Origin: Octopus bimaculoides | Taxonomy: Eukaryota | Assembly (NCBI RefSeq): GCF_001194135.2 | Contig: NC_068981.1 | Span: forward strand, 170,709,316-170,773,315 | Direction of reading: 5' to 3' | Length of the DNA stretch: 64,000 bases | Part shown: positions 40,623 to 52,770 of the stretch, in pieces | How the letters are laid out: each line of letters opens with the position of its first letter | How positions within the stretch are numbered: position 1 is the stretch's first letter | Program-made: the position numbers and the translations under genes | Notes under the pieces: model-generated | Seen by the model: the letters and a program-made list of their open reading frames with translations, nothing else | Told to the model about the DNA's origin: nothing | The model's database searches: none

Positions 40623-42319
40623 TCTTAATATTTCTTTTCTTAATATTTCTTTCTATTATATGGGTAAATTTGAAAACAATTCAATAACTAGGTTAATGTG
40701 AATCTATAAGTCGTTCCCTTTTTACATATTATTACTCTGACTTGTATTTATAGAAGCATCACCAGATAAAAATTGTTAATTATAACTCAGGTACCTTTGG
40801 AAGATAATTATACGGTGCTGCGATTTGCATATCACTTCAGATGGTTTGTCATCTGACAATTTATTGCCAAATCGGAGATCTATATCAATTTGTGTTAATG
40901 CTATTTGAGTGCTTCATTCTAAATAATGAATTAATTTTATACTGATGATGAGAGTAAGAAATGCACTCTAGTTTTGCAGTCTGTGATATTGTCTTTTATT
41001 TCGTGTGTGGAATATATTCTTTCTACGGAGATTTTAGAAACATTTGCGAAGATATTTTTTACTTAAGGCTAAAATGAACAATGACGTTTTACGATAAATG
41101 CCTTTTCTTTTCCTTGCCTTCGTTTTCTTGTCTTCTTTTTCTTTTCTTTGCCTTCGTAATTACACTCCATGTGTAGAGAATGCAGACTATTAAGTATTTT
41201 TTCTGCACAAAGATCGGCGTGTGAGAGAGACTCCAGTGCTATGACATAGAGGAACTTGCGCCACTTGGACATTTCAGTCAGCACGTAAGTGTCGTTAGGA
41301 GTACTAATGAGCTATATCATTACGGGCGTTACAGAGAAATATTCTTATTTCACTATCATCACCGCAGAGTCGTCATATTACAAATATGTCTGTGATCTCA
41401 TTACAAGCATTTCAAACTGAGTAGCGTCATTAAGAACAAAACCCATCTGTGTCATTACAGACAACTTTGAAATATTTTATTGCAAGGGAAACCGAGTATT
41501 ACCATCAAAAAGTTGTATTGTGTATTACAATCAACACTCACCTGCCTCATTAAATACATCGCTGATGTACTTCATTATAACCAGTATTGAGTGACATTAC
41601 TATTACCGAGCTGTGTCTATACAAATGACTCTTATTTGATACAATGCATCGAACATTAAGCTGCTATTCATTATTACAACCATGAATTAGATGCTCCTAT
41701 AGGAAATACTATCTCCTGTCGAATATCACAGAGAAGTTTGACTCCCACGATGATTTTACATTAAGGATGATCCATAAATGGCTATTTTAATATGCTACGT
41801 CATTTGTGTATAATGCATTTTTACTGAGCTGCACGCCTATACGCAACGGCAGCAACTATTTTCTGCTGAATACAAACGTGGTGATGGATTTTATCTCTGC
41901 ATGTTAGCAGTAAACGTTAATGATAGTACCTCACGAGACAGTGATGTATCTAAAAATCCCATCTACTTATAGATATTTTAATGTATAGCTACGCACGTTT
42001 CCACGACTCCATGTTTCTTACGATCGTAGTCCTGGGATGATCCACAAAATAAATGTACCTCCCTCTGAGATACACATATTTTGTTTTTATGCAAAGTGCG
42101 TCCATAGGTGATACTATTTGCAAACGAACCCCACCTTAATTATAGCCTACCACAATCTAAGCATATTTTAATCTAAAATGGATGCTCTTGCATGTAATGG
42201 ATATGTATTAAAACACCTATCTCCCTCGAATTTATTTATGAAACACGATTTCTTATTAAAATGAAGGATACTCAATACGTTACAGTACAGTTCATATTTC
42301 ATAACTTTATAAGAAGAAG

Positions 42320-42600
42320 TTGTCGGGCACGACAAAGTTTTGGTTTCTTCACCTTCATCAGAGAGATGTTTATTCGGGTTTATATAGTCGTTTAGTAAGG
42401 TGTCTTTTTGTAAGCGTAGCAATGTAAATGGTATTTAGGTGGAGCGTCTGTTTACTGACGAAGGAGTTGTGTGGAGAGTGAGGGTTTGGGAGGTTATTTG
42501 AAAAGTATGTGCTTGTCCGATGTAGGGTGAAAGACAGTTAAGATTAGGGCATATATTTTCGTCTGATGTATAAATTTGGACATTCATTACGCTTCAGTCA
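42320..42600 (-). mobile_element. Penelope-like element 3' remnant (GIY-YIG fragment plus decayed hammerhead)
   Basis: The minus frames read TKIYA and LNCLSPYIGQA, then YINPNK, followed by CTGATGA-A-GGT-GAAGAA-ACC-AAAACTTT. Confidence 0.55.
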
Positions 42601-43199
42601 CTTTTTGAATTAAAGATGGAAATAATGTAAATAAATGTGTCAAGTCCAGCTCCTGACATTCTGTGGGTGAGAAGTTGTCTTGTGTTTGAAGGTTCAAAAA
42701 CGAATGTTTCTACATAAGTCAGATGCTCACACAGAACAGGTCACAATGGGATTAAATGGGTGTAGAGTCCTTCATTTTCTATGAATTTTAAATTGGGTCC
42801 ATGTGGAAGGTGAGGATTCAAAAGGCTACCTTATTATCAATAATTATTAGGTTTTCCGGTCTGCTGAAAGCGTTGTATTTATATTTACACATTATTATAG
42901 ACAATACTATAATATTAATATATTACTTTGACGGTAAGAAACAATGGAAGACACTTTGACATCTCTAGCCTACGCACTTCTACAGAAAGTAATTAGGAAA
43001 GAAAAATATGGAGAAAAGTAAAGTGGAGAATTTTGCATTAGTTGTTACGAGAACACAATGGGATAACCTGTAATACATTCTAAGTATATGTGTTCATGTC
43101 TATGTGTACATGTCTATGTGTACATGTCTATGTGTACATGTCTATGTGTTTATACACATGCGTGTGAGCGTGATAACGTAAATATATTCTTTACTTTTC

Positions 43200-43285
43200 C
43201 TTTTTATTCTTTTATTTGTTTCAGTCATTTGACTGCGACCATGCTAGAGAACCACCTTTAGTGGAACAAATTGACCCCAGGACTT
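43200..43285 (-). mobile_element. SINE family B 3' tail fragment
   Basis: TGTTTCAGTCATTTGACTGCGACCATGCT is the reverse complement of the family B tail. Confidence 0.6.
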
Positions 43286-43313
43286 ACACCCAGTTCGATG
43301 CCAGGGTGTGACG

Positions 43314-43380
<67 letters not shown>

Positions 43381-43446
43381 TAACAACAATAATAATAATG
43401 ATAGAAGAGTATTGTGGGTCGCTTGAAGCATTGTGTATGGTTGGTA

Positions 43447-43768
43447 AAGAATAAAAAGTTTTGAATGGTATAACAATGCACTATAATACAAAAAATGGAC
43501 TATATACCTGTTGTAATTTAGTTATCCATAGTCCTATGATATTTCCGAATAAAATTCCTTCTTCAGATATTTTTAGATGGAGTCGCTGCTATAATCGGTT
43601 TATGCCGTTGGAAAACCGATTATAGCAGCGACTCCATCTAAGAATATCTGAAGAAGGAATTTTATTCCGAAATATCATAGGACTATGGATAACTAAATTA
43701 CAACAGGTATATAGTCCATTTTTTGTAGTATAGTGCATTGTTGTACCATTCAAACCTTTTTTATTCTA
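43447..43768. repeat. Near-perfect foldback (~155-bp arms, 11-nt loop) containing mirror-image hammerhead-like motifs
   Basis: Arm 43447-43601 matches the reverse complement of 43613-43768 with about 5 mismatches, and the loop is ATGCCGTTGGA. Each arm carries a CTGAAGA-A-GGAAT-TTT-ATTC(C/G)-GAAA-TATC motif. Confidence 0.9.
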
Positions 43769-43811
43769 TAATAATAATAATGATAATAATAATAATAATA
43801 ATAATAATAAA

Positions 43812-44140
43812 ATTAAGGCAAATAGACCAGATATAGTTGTCAAAGATCATGAAGGAAAAAAATGCCTTCTAATTGATGTTTCAATACCAGCAGATGACAA
43901 CGTTTCTGTAAAAGAAATGGAAAAACTNNNNNNNNNNNNNNNNNNNNNNNNNNNNNNNNNNNNNNNNNNNNNNNNNNNNNNNNNNNNNNNNNNNNNNNNN
44001 NNNNNNNNNNNNNNNNNNNNNNNNNNNNNNNNNNNNNNNNNNNNNNNNNNNNNNNNNNNNNNNNNNNNNNNNNNNNNNNNNNNNNNNNNNNNNNNNNNNN
44101 NNNNNNNNNNNNNNNNNNNNNNNNNATAAAAATAAAACTA

Positions 44141-44143
<3 letters not shown>
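43812..44143 (+). mobile_element. 5'-truncated Dong/R4-like REL retrotransposon in a (TAA)n array (middle in gap)
   Basis: The frame IKANRPDIVVKDHEGKKCLLIDVSIPADDNVSVKEMEK starts directly after (TAA)n. After the gap, AATAAAACTACTG runs into (AAT)n. Confidence 0.8.
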
Positions 44144-44209
<66 letters not shown>

Positions 44210-44227
44210 AAGAAGAAGAAGAAGAAG

Positions 44228-44272
<45 letters not shown>

Positions 44273-44338
44273 AGGAACAAGAACAAGAACAAGAACAAGA
44301 ACAAGAACAAGAAGAACAAGTACAAGAACAAGAACAAG

Positions 44339-44373
<35 letters not shown>

Positions 44374-44405
44374 GGACAAGAACAAGAACAAGAGCAAGAA
44401 CAAGA
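44144..44405. repeat. Compound (AAT)n/(AGA)n/(ACA)n/(AGAACA)n microsatellite
   Basis: Direct reading. Confidence 0.95.
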
Positions 44406-44451
44406 TAGAAAATATCTCAGAAATGAGAACCCAGGTTCGAAATTTCCCCTA

Positions 44452-44499
44452 AGACACCTGATGAAGGCTGGAGGGTATATCAGCCGAAACGTTGTGTTT
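44452..44499 (+). ncRNA. Minimal type I hammerhead ribozyme with extra A after A9
   Basis: AGACAC CTGATGA A GGCTG-GAGGGTATAT-CAGCC GAAA CG TT GTGTTT gives a 6-bp stem I, a 5-bp stem II, an ACGT palindromic stem III and a GUU triplet. Confidence 0.8.
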
Positions 44500-44571
44500 A
44501 ACAAAAAACAAGATGAGGACAAATATCAGTCAAATGTAAATAATGCAAATAATGTCACTTTTATAAGCCAA

Positions 44572-44660
44572 GTACTTATTCAATCGGTTCCTTTTTGCCG
44601 AACAGCTAAGTTATGGGGCGTGACCTTACAAGCATCGGTTGTCAAGCGATGGTGGGAGGA

Positions 44661-44723
<63 letters not shown>

Positions 44724-44775
44724 TTATATATAGGACTGCCTTCTTTAAGTTTCCGTCAACCATATTCACTTACAA
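44572..44775 (-). mobile_element. SINE family B internal fragment with (CA)n
   Basis: GTACTTATTC..TCGG...TTTGCCGAAC.GCTAAGTTA.GGG...GCATCGGTTGTCAAGCGATG...TTTCCGTC matches the family B body in reverse orientation. That body consensus is partly recalled, not shown full-length in the window. Confidence 0.6.
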
Positions 44776-45320
44776 GATATATGTGTGTGTGTGTATGTGT
44801 GTGTGTTTGTGCGTGTGTGTTTGTGCGTGTGTGTGTGTGTGTGTGTGTGTAGTGGTTTATGTAGCCAAATAGTTGGATGATATCCCTTGCCAGAAGGATT
44901 ATAGAGTAACCTCCCTTTACTAAGTTTCTCGAAACATCTGTCTCATGAGACCCGATTCTTAATTATTCAAGAAATTTAGCGTTTTACTTGGAATTTTCTA
45001 GAATGTCGAGCGTTCCGTTAATAAAACCAGCTTGCTAATCCTGCACATCGCTTCTTATTCGATTAGACTTAGACCCATTCACATCATTGCTATATCAGTC
45101 TCTTTCTCTACGTCACATGAGTAAAAACCATCACTTAGCTGTTATTTATATATTTCCTATCTCTGAACATTCTAGATTCTACATTTTGAACCTATGTATC
45201 ATCATCGACCAGTATATAAAATATATTTTTCTTTGATAAATATATAGTTCTTCATCTCTTTATGAACTATTGTAATAAAATACACGCAGCCACATTAACA
45301 CTTTGTACCAACTATATATT

Positions 45321-45377
<57 letters not shown>

Positions 45378-45759
45378 NNNNNNNNNNNNNNNNNNNNNNN
45401 NNNNNNNNNNNNNNNNNNNNNNNNNNNNNNNNNNNNNNNNNNNNNNNNNNNNNNNNNNNNNNNNNNNNNNNNNNNNNNNNNNNNNNNNNNNNNNNNNNNN
45501 NNNNNNNNNNNNNNNNNNNNNNNNNNNNNNNNNNNNNNNNNNNNNNNNNNNNNNNNNNNNNNNNNNNNNNNNNNNNNNNNNNNNNNNNNNNNNNNNNNNN
45601 NNNNNNNNNNNNNNNNNNNNNNNNNNNNNNNNNNNNNNNNNNNNNNNNNNNNNNNNNNNNNNNNNNNNNNNNNNNNNNNNNNNNNNNNNNNNNNNNNNNN
45701 NNNNNNNNNNNNNNNNNNNNNNNNNNNNNNNNNNNNNNNNNNNNNNNNNNNNNNNNNNN

Positions 45760-45810
<51 letters not shown>

Positions 45811-46026
45811 GTATGTATGAATATTTGTATGTATATATGTATGTATATAAACACATAATAATAGAAGCGGAACGTGAAATTCTAAGTAGCAGCTTTTTGT
45901 GATATTTTTGTGAATTTTTTGCTGTATTAATTATAAAGCATACTACTCTACCACCCGTATTCGAGTATTAGTTTTTCCCATCTTGTTTAACATTTATGTT
46001 CCTATATATATATATATATATTCATA

Positions 46027-46445
46027 CAGCGTGCGATAGGTAAATGGTTACCATATTACTGTTATTATTTCAAGCATGCATATAGTTTGTTTTTGATTTT
46101 GTCGACAACACAGTATATTAGGATCAGCTGGGCACCGCCTGTGATGAAAACAGCACCATGATGCGATACACTCGGCCCAAAATATGGAAATGACACGTTG
46201 TATTGCTTGGCATTCGCGCCAGAAGCTCTGATAGGAACATTTCAGAGTGTTTGGGTGTCAAGCTGAAGACAGTGCAATTTGAAGACATGTACCTAGAGTG
46301 ATAAAAATGAAACATCTATTCAGCCACTTGGCATTTGGTGTGACCACGAGCGATGGCGACGCTATGCCTACATTCATCACCCATACAGTCTCAGACTCAA
46401 CACCGTGGCTTACATCGCGTGCCTGGTGCAGGTTGTACTGCTCTG
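46027..46445 (+). mobile_element. Internally deleted maT/Tc1-like DNA transposon, copy 2
   Basis: It begins after TA with CAGCGTGCGATAGGTAAATGGTTACCAT and is collinear with the reverse complement of 14200-14580, including the deletion junction. Confidence 0.75.
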
Positions 46446-46534
46446 TGTCAAGAAGGTAGCTAGATAGATAAATTTATTGACACCCCACCTCCCAGCTATA
46501 TATTATACATCCACTTTTATATTACTCCTTGTAT

Positions 46535-46922
46535 GTTGTTGGCACTCCGACGCTTACGACGTCGAGGGTTGCAGTTGATCCGATTAACGGAACAGCCTGC
46601 TCGTGAAATTAACGTGCAAGTGGCTGAGCACTCCACAGACACGCGTACCCTTAACGTAGTTCTCGGGGATATTCAGCGTGACACAGTGTGACAAGGCTGA
46701 CCCTTTGAATTACATGCACAACAGAAACAGGAAGTAAGAGTGAGAGAAATTTGTGGTGAAAGAGTACAGCAGGGTTCGCTACCATCCCCTGCCGGAGCCT
46801 CGTGGAGCTTTAGGTGTTTTCGCTCAATAAACACTCACAACGCCCGGTCTGGGAATCGAAACCGCGATCCTATGACCGCGAGTCCACTGCCCTAACCACT
46901 GCCCTAACCACTGCGCCTCCAC
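46535..46922 (-). mobile_element. tRNA-derived SINE, family C, full length
   Basis: It has a tRNA-like head (GTGGTTAGGGCAGTGGACTCGCGGTC...GGTTTCGATTCCCAGACC) and a CAACAAC-type tail. The 11-bp TSD ACTCCTTGTAT lies at 46524-46534 and 46923-46933. Confidence 0.9.
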
Positions 46923-47429
46923 ACTCCTTGTATATAAGTTTTCCATTTTCCATGGGTTGTTTCCAGAGTATAGAATCTGAACTTTTTCATTTAAATCTGT
47001 ATATTCTGGTTCGGTTCTGAGTAGACACTTTGTAACAATGTGATGGATTGTGTTTTATTCAAACTACCACATATTTTGCCGTCACTTTATTCATTTTACT
47101 TCAGAATACAGTCATGATATTTTTGATCGTCATCAAATTGTTCTTCATGTTAGCAGATTTGTATCTTAAGCTTCTCAGTGAGTAGTGCTTTTTTGCATTA
47201 TAGTTTTCCGATTTACTCACTCCTAACGGCTATTTGACAAGTAAGGGAAATCTTTGCCAATAGCTTGGCAGGGCATAATGTTATTCTATTTCCTATTTAG
47301 GTTTTAGTTTCTCTATCCTCTTCATTAGTGTCTATTAACCTCAGCGTCTGTTTTATATTTGCTCGTTTCTTTGAAGTCATAGTTTTAGTTCTGTTCTATA
47401 TGTTTTTGTTACATATTTCTCTTTATTGT

Positions 47430-47880
47430 TTACTTTACATTTTTGAAACCCTCCTTACATGTATCAAAATAGCTTTCTAGTTGTCGAAGATCCTTACTTT
47501 GCTGTATACGTGATAAAAATATTCTTTCTGTATCAAGGCCTCTGTAACGAATTCTAAATGTAGTCATCATTTTTCTTATTTTCCTGTCTGGTCTTGCTAA
47601 TTCACTTTGCATCCATTTCAAGTTATTATAACCATAACTTATTACTCGGAGAGATAGGGTATTGATGCATATTATCTTCTTTCTGACATTTAGGTCTGTT
47701 TTAAGTATTAATCTAATGCGTCTGTAATATTCCTTCCTGACCTTTTCATTTATGCGTGTGCTTCGAACTATGATTCGTTCATTAATTCCTAAGTATTTAG
47801 GAATGTGCATAGTTTTAATTCTCTTATTTGTTTCTTTGTCATTTATGATAATAGTCGTTTTTAATAATAGGTCTCTCACT
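47430..47880 (-). pseudogene. R4/Dong-clade reverse transcriptase C-terminal (thumb) fragment
   Basis: The frame reads KYLGINE...KEYYRRIRLILKTDLN..KKIICINT...VISY...W.QSEL..PDRKIRK.MT. Confidence 0.8.
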
Positions 47881-49375
47881 ATAGCTACTTTCCCCTACTT
47901 TTCTAAAGTAGCATTCCTTAAAATTTCTCAAGTTAATTCGTGCACTCTGTGTTCAGTTGTGAATTATGAATATTGACAATGCGATTTACCTAAGATTCAT
48001 GTAGTCATACAATGTTTCTCTCTGGACTATTATATAGATTTGATCCCTTAACAAAAGGATAAAAAGATGTAGATGGAATGTGTCCTTTCGTAAGTGAATT
48101 TCAAACAGGATACAGTTTGTTTTTAAATTTCTACTATAGTTTCGGCCTGCAGTGTTTGTTACTAATCGATAACATGCTTGCTGTACTGATTTTAACTGGT
48201 ACCACCTTACAAATGTCTATACTTAACAGAAAATACGGATAGAAATTACGGTCAGAAGTTCTCAAGTAGTAACTCTATAAATAAGGCTCAGCTATAATAA
48301 TCATTATGCCATCTTTACAAGCAGAAGAGACTTTGCAACGTTGATGTCTTTCGTTTTCGAAAGAATGCGATTATCTATGGAATTACCTATGATATCCAAT
48401 GTTGTTCTAGTTAAAGATTTCGATATTCTAGATATTCTACATCATATCTCCGTAGTGATCATAGTCTACAATTTTCTTAATTGTGGTTTCCCACTAATCT
48501 TATTGCCACTTCCGATTTACAACAAATATTTTTGCTTGCATTTCTGTGCGTGATTTCTGAAATATTTCGGCCAAAAGTTTGAGATTTTACCGCTCTTCTT
48601 TATTTTACCTTTGTCCATTTCACTTGACATCTACACTAAAGCATGTTCTGCACTTACTGTTTTGAACCTTTTCGTATATAGCAATTTATCTCCAGTTCAA
48701 GCATTTTCTCAAAACTTGTCCACTTCTGTTGCTGTCGGCGCGGTATTGATTTATTTTGTTTTTAACGTTTTGGATGAAATGGTTTTATAATGTAGTGAAA
48801 CATTTATCTTTGTTCAAAGAAATACTTTCGTATTTCAGAACATTGAAATTTTCGCCTGCACGTGGTATAAGCGTGTATGTGTGCGTATATTCGTGAGTGC
48901 GTGTGTGTGTATGTGTGTATGCGTGTCTGTGTAACTGTGTCTATATGTGTGTGTACGTGTGTGTGTTTATGCGTGCATGTGAGTGTCTGTGTGCTTGTGT
49001 ATATGTGTGTGTATATCTGATGCAGCGAATACATCTTCTTTTGAGCATTATTTGATTTCCAGAACCTTTCCTCTTTTGCTGTGTTGCATTTCTTGTACAT
49101 ATTATTTGATATGAGTTTGTTTTCTTTTTAAATTTCAATATTTTTAAAATTTATAAGTTGCAGACAATTTTTTCATGTATATCTTCTGGATGTGTGCATA
49201 CTTCTTTTCAGATTGAGTTTAGAAATGAGCAGTTCTAAAAGAATAACCGTTTTCGTTTGCAGTTATACCCATCGATATATAGATTATGTCATTTATCGTC
49301 GGAATAACCACAATCACAAGTTTTTCTGCGAGCTCAACTATCAATTTATTTATGAGTGTATTTTATCGTTTAGCT

Positions 49376-49498
49376 CAAGGATGGGCAACTTTTCTCGAGA
49401 AAGGAGCCATCATGAAACGGGCCGCACTTCAAAAGAATTCAAGATATATTTGTTATGTGCACCGTTCAGAAAGCCCGGCCACAGTCTGTTTATCACTG
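49376..49498. mobile_element. Decayed hAT-type MITE
   Basis: Termini CAAGGATGGGCAAC and ...GTCTGTTTATCACTG are flanked by GTTTAGCT and GTTTAGGC (6/8 TSD match). Confidence 0.55.
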
Positions 49499-50188
49499 GT
49501 TTAGGCTTATCATTTGGAGTATCAACCTTTTAACTATTGAGGTAAATACCTATTTATTGTACATTTTAATTATACCAGTATTTCGTTTATCATACTAAAA
49601 ATCTTGTTATTTGAATTATTCTTGCATCTGTCATATGTTCACCATTATTCACATTTTTGTATCTTTAAATCTAATATGTCTTTTGAGGGCCATCAAACTG
49701 AAAGTAAAAGTATGCTTGATTTTGTTATGTTATATTTTGCTTTTCATTTTGGGGAGCACGGAATATCTTATTAATCAGCATTTTCTCTATTTATAGCATG
49801 CGTTTTTAAAACGTGTTATTGACTCTCATTTTTATTATTATTTATATTTTTCACGAACGTTCTTTATTTTTAGCATCCTGCCTCTGTCATATAAATGTTT
49901 GGTTTTGAGAATGTATCTTTATAAATTATTTAGTCTGCTGGGAGCCAAATATACATTCAAATGAGGGTGATCTTTTTTTAAGTAATATGTTAATTATTAG
50001 CTGTGAACAAGCTTATATTGTAGGAACTTATTTTTCATAAGTCCATATATTTTCTGACTTTCGACGTAACGACATTTTCATCGCGTACTTGCTCATCGCG
50101 TACTTGCTCATCGCCTTCTGGTGATGCGAAATTTGGTTCATGCAGACACACGTACCTTCATACATGCGTATATATTTTTAAATATATA

Positions 50189-50279
<91 letters not shown>

Positions 50280-50280
50280 T

Positions 50281-50334
<54 letters not shown>

Positions 50335-51092
50335 GGGAGGGAGGGATTCGGGCGAGAAATGTAGTGAGACTGAAACAGAAAATTATTCGAAGACATAAGA
50401 GAAAGAAAATAATATAAAAGATTATCAGACAAAATCAACAAAAAAATTGTGAACACAAACATAAAACCAATTCATAAAACCAAAATAAATTCAAGAGTAC
50501 AAAGTGATCAAAATATACAAATCCTAAAAAAAGGACAAATATCACATATACTAAATCAAGAAATAATAATAACAAAACAAAAAAATCCTACCTCACTATC
50601 AACAACAAAAATCAGTCTGTTTATTGACAATTCAAAAAATTAATCTAGCTGTCTTAATAACAGATCCTTTAAGATTCAACAGAAATTGATAGATATCTTC
50701 TGTTATCGAACAAAGTCGTTGTCCTATTTAATTCATTGTAAGGTAAGTTATTACTATAAATGTGCATCTGATGTTATGTCAAGGACTGCTAGCAAAAACA
50801 TTTTAAGAATATTCACATCAGGTACATAGTGAGCTCAATTTCTGAGAGAGAAATCAATATTAGATGTGACTAACATTTTTGGTCGTGGTAAAATAATTTG
50901 CAACTCTACGCAAGGAAACGCATACTTCACTTAAACATGCCCAATACACGAAATATATATGTGTGTGTGTATGTGTGTGTGAATATATATACGTATATAC
51001 ACATATAAATATATGTATATACATACATGTATATATACACGTATCTAAACATATCCAGGCGTATGTAATATAGATAGATATATGTAGGTAGA

Positions 51093-51142
<50 letters not shown>

Positions 51143-51744
51143 NNNNNNNNNNATACACATACATATATACACATACATATATACACATACATATATACAC
51201 ATACATATATATGTGTGTGTGTGTGTGCATCTTTTGTGACTTGAATGTATATGATGTTTTTTCTTACTTTCGTAAACATGTCCCTATTGTATCCACACAC
51301 TGATTTCCATTTAATTATCTACATTTTCGCTGGGTAAAAAACTTCCATACTTATGTATTTCAAGAAATAGACGAAAATACGTGTAAAATCGTTATACGGT
51401 ATTTCTTTTCCCTTTTCACGTAAGAAGTTAGAAATATAATTGCAAGTGTAAGTCAAAACTACTACTCACTCCTTCTTTGGTCAATAATATTTTACAGAAT
51501 TCTGTTTCTTATCAAAATCGGATAGTTTTCTTATGTTTATAAATATTTAACACCTAATAATATATGTCAAGTGCAATTAAAAGCTTCCGTACACGTTTGA
51601 AACTAAAATGTCTGGAATTCTGCAATTGCCTCAGTTTTAAAACACGGTTTCAGATTAAATTAATTACGCGAACAAAACAGGAAATGCCGAAAGCGTTTAA
51701 ATAAATTGTAATTCAATAATACTTTAAAATAATAAACAGACGAG

Positions 51745-51895
51745 GTTGGATGGTAAGAAGCCTGTTTCTGAACCACGTGTTACCAGGATCAGTCCCACTG
51801 CGTGGTACATTGGGTAACTGATTTCTTCTATATCCTCGGAAAGACCAAAGACTTGTGAGTGGATTTGGTAGATGGAAATTGTAAGAAACTTATCA
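51745..51895 (+). mobile_element. SINE family B, 5' part, decayed
   Basis: GGTAAGAAG...AACCAC.TG...CAGTCCCACTGCGTGG...GACCAAAG.CTTGTGAGTGGATTTGGTAGA.GGAAA is homologous to 13695-13880. Confidence 0.75.
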
Positions 51896-52198
51896 TTTAT
51901 GTGTTATATATGATTGTGTTTTATTGTGGTTGAAAAACAAGGTTCTTATCACGCCTGCCCCTATATTCGCGCAGCTACGCCCGCGCCTGTATANNNNNNN
52001 NNNNNNNNNNNNNNNNNNNNNNNNNNNNNNNNNNNNNNNNNNNNNNNNNNNNNNNNNNNNNNNNNNNNNNNNNNNNNNNNNNNNNNNNNNNNNNNNNNNN
52101 NNNNNNNNNNNNNNNNNNNNNNNNNNNNNNNNNNNNNNNNNNNNNNNNNNNNNNNNNNNNNNNNNNNNNNNNNNNNNNNNNNNNNNNNNNNNNNNNNN

Positions 52199-52214
52199 GA
52201 CGCTCTTCCGATCT
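52199..52214 (+). other. Illumina adapter remnant (assembly contamination)
   Basis: GACGCTCTTCCGATCT, the 3' end of the TruSeq read-1 primer/adapter, is the first sequence after an N-gap. Confidence 0.9.
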
Positions 52215-52770
52215 CAGCAGTTTGCAATGTTTCACCAAAAGGGAGAATGACAAATGTACAAATGTTACTAAATGTGACTAGGGTATTAAGAAACATCTAC
52301 ATTGCAACATAGTTAGTGTATATGTTTTGATCCATGTGCGTTAACTACAGCATGAGAGCGATTTAGCTTTTATTTCTAGTAATGTGAGTGCTGCAGAACA
52401 ACCTAATCACATTTAGTGAATTGTGTAGTTTTCCTTTTTGGTGAAACATTGCAAACTGCTGTTTATATTAATTTTATATATACACATTAGTGAATTGCTT
52501 AATCATCCAATAGTGTGGATGACGAGAACAAAAATACTAATAGCAAAGCGAGTCCGTAAAGAGCCGAACAATTCAGCTGTCTTAACTGATGACGCAACGG
52601 AAATTGCCGAAACTGACGCGTCAGTATTAAGAATTCTTGATCGGCACTTTCGGACGATTGTGGTCCCTGTTCGTTTATATGTCTTCGTGTGCGTTAACTA
52701 CAGTATTAGAGCGGCTTAGCTCTTATTTCTAGCAATGTAAGTGTTTTCTAACACCATACTCACATTTAGC

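Noticed and set aside
46884-46912. CCCTAACC repeats resembling telomeric sequence
   Set aside because: This is a short duplication within the SINE tRNA-like head, not a telomere array. The same applies to the scattered TTAGGG at ~33450.
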